NCBI RefSeq assembly: GCF_006345805.1
Contig: NC_043008.1
Coordinates: 54,436,001 to 54,500,000 of the forward strand
Length of the DNA: 64,000 nt
Direction: 5' to 3'
Origin: Octopus sinensis
Taxonomy: Eukaryota
Shown here: in pieces, positions 63,637-64,000 of the stretch
Layout: every line of letters begins with the position of its first letter
How positions within the stretch are numbered: position 1 is the first letter of the stretch
Program-made: the position numbers and the translations under genes
The notes under the pieces: model-generated
The model's database searches: none
What the model saw: only the letters and a program-made list of their open reading frames with translations
Told to the model about the DNA's origin: nothing

Positions 63637-64000
63637 AGATACATACATACGTTATCATGTCTAATATATAGACATACATATGGCCATGTATCTTATACGT
63701 GGATATACATGTAGTATACATGTTGCTGTGTTTCACATATAGATATACAAGTAGACATGTGTCTTATGTATGGATATACATGCAACAATGTATGTAAGCA
63801 CTGATACATGTAGCTTTGTGTCTTGTGTATGGATATAAATGTAAACATGCATCCACTAAATGGTCACATGTAGCCATGTCTCTAGTGGGCTGATACATGT
63901 ATCCATGCATTCTTATGTTTGGATATACATGTAGCTATGCACTTTATGTATGGGTACATGTAGCCATGTGTCCAATACATGGATATACATGTAACAATAA
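63300..64000. repeat. Degenerate minisatellite (ATGGATATACATGTAGC-like) interrupted by (TA)/(GATA)/(GA) tracts
   Basis: Directly visible. Confidence 0.8.

Overview
AT-rich, microsatellite- and SINE-dense animal genomic DNA, most likely an octopod cephalopod (inferred from the repeat landscape). There are no prokaryotic features, rRNA or CRISPR arrays. All annotation is by eye; homology calls are from memory and were not searched. Three intron-rich genes could be reconstructed. (1) A complete neurochondrin (NCDN) gene on the minus strand: 18 coding exons from 36936 to 9640, all GT-AG, phases consistent, CDS 2145 nt, 714 aa. (2) The last three coding exons of an LRRC23-like gene on the plus strand (1433-6908), convergent with NCDN. 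(3) The last four coding exons of a second, strongly diverged LRRC23-like paralog on the minus strand (52198-43368), with the same 77-nt and 143-nt exons and phases. The rest is tRNA-derived SINEs, RTE and CR1 LINE 3' ends, mariner/Tc1 relics, piggyBac-, Mutator- and Merlin-type MITEs, Helentron-like elements, a Gypsy fragment and simple repeats. Top leads: a type I hammerhead ribozyme fold inside a 72-bp palindrome (1838-1889), the inverted LRRC23 paralog pair around NCDN, SINE multimers sharing one fixed junction at six loci, and a near-identical 640-bp duplication bracketing NCDN exon 2.
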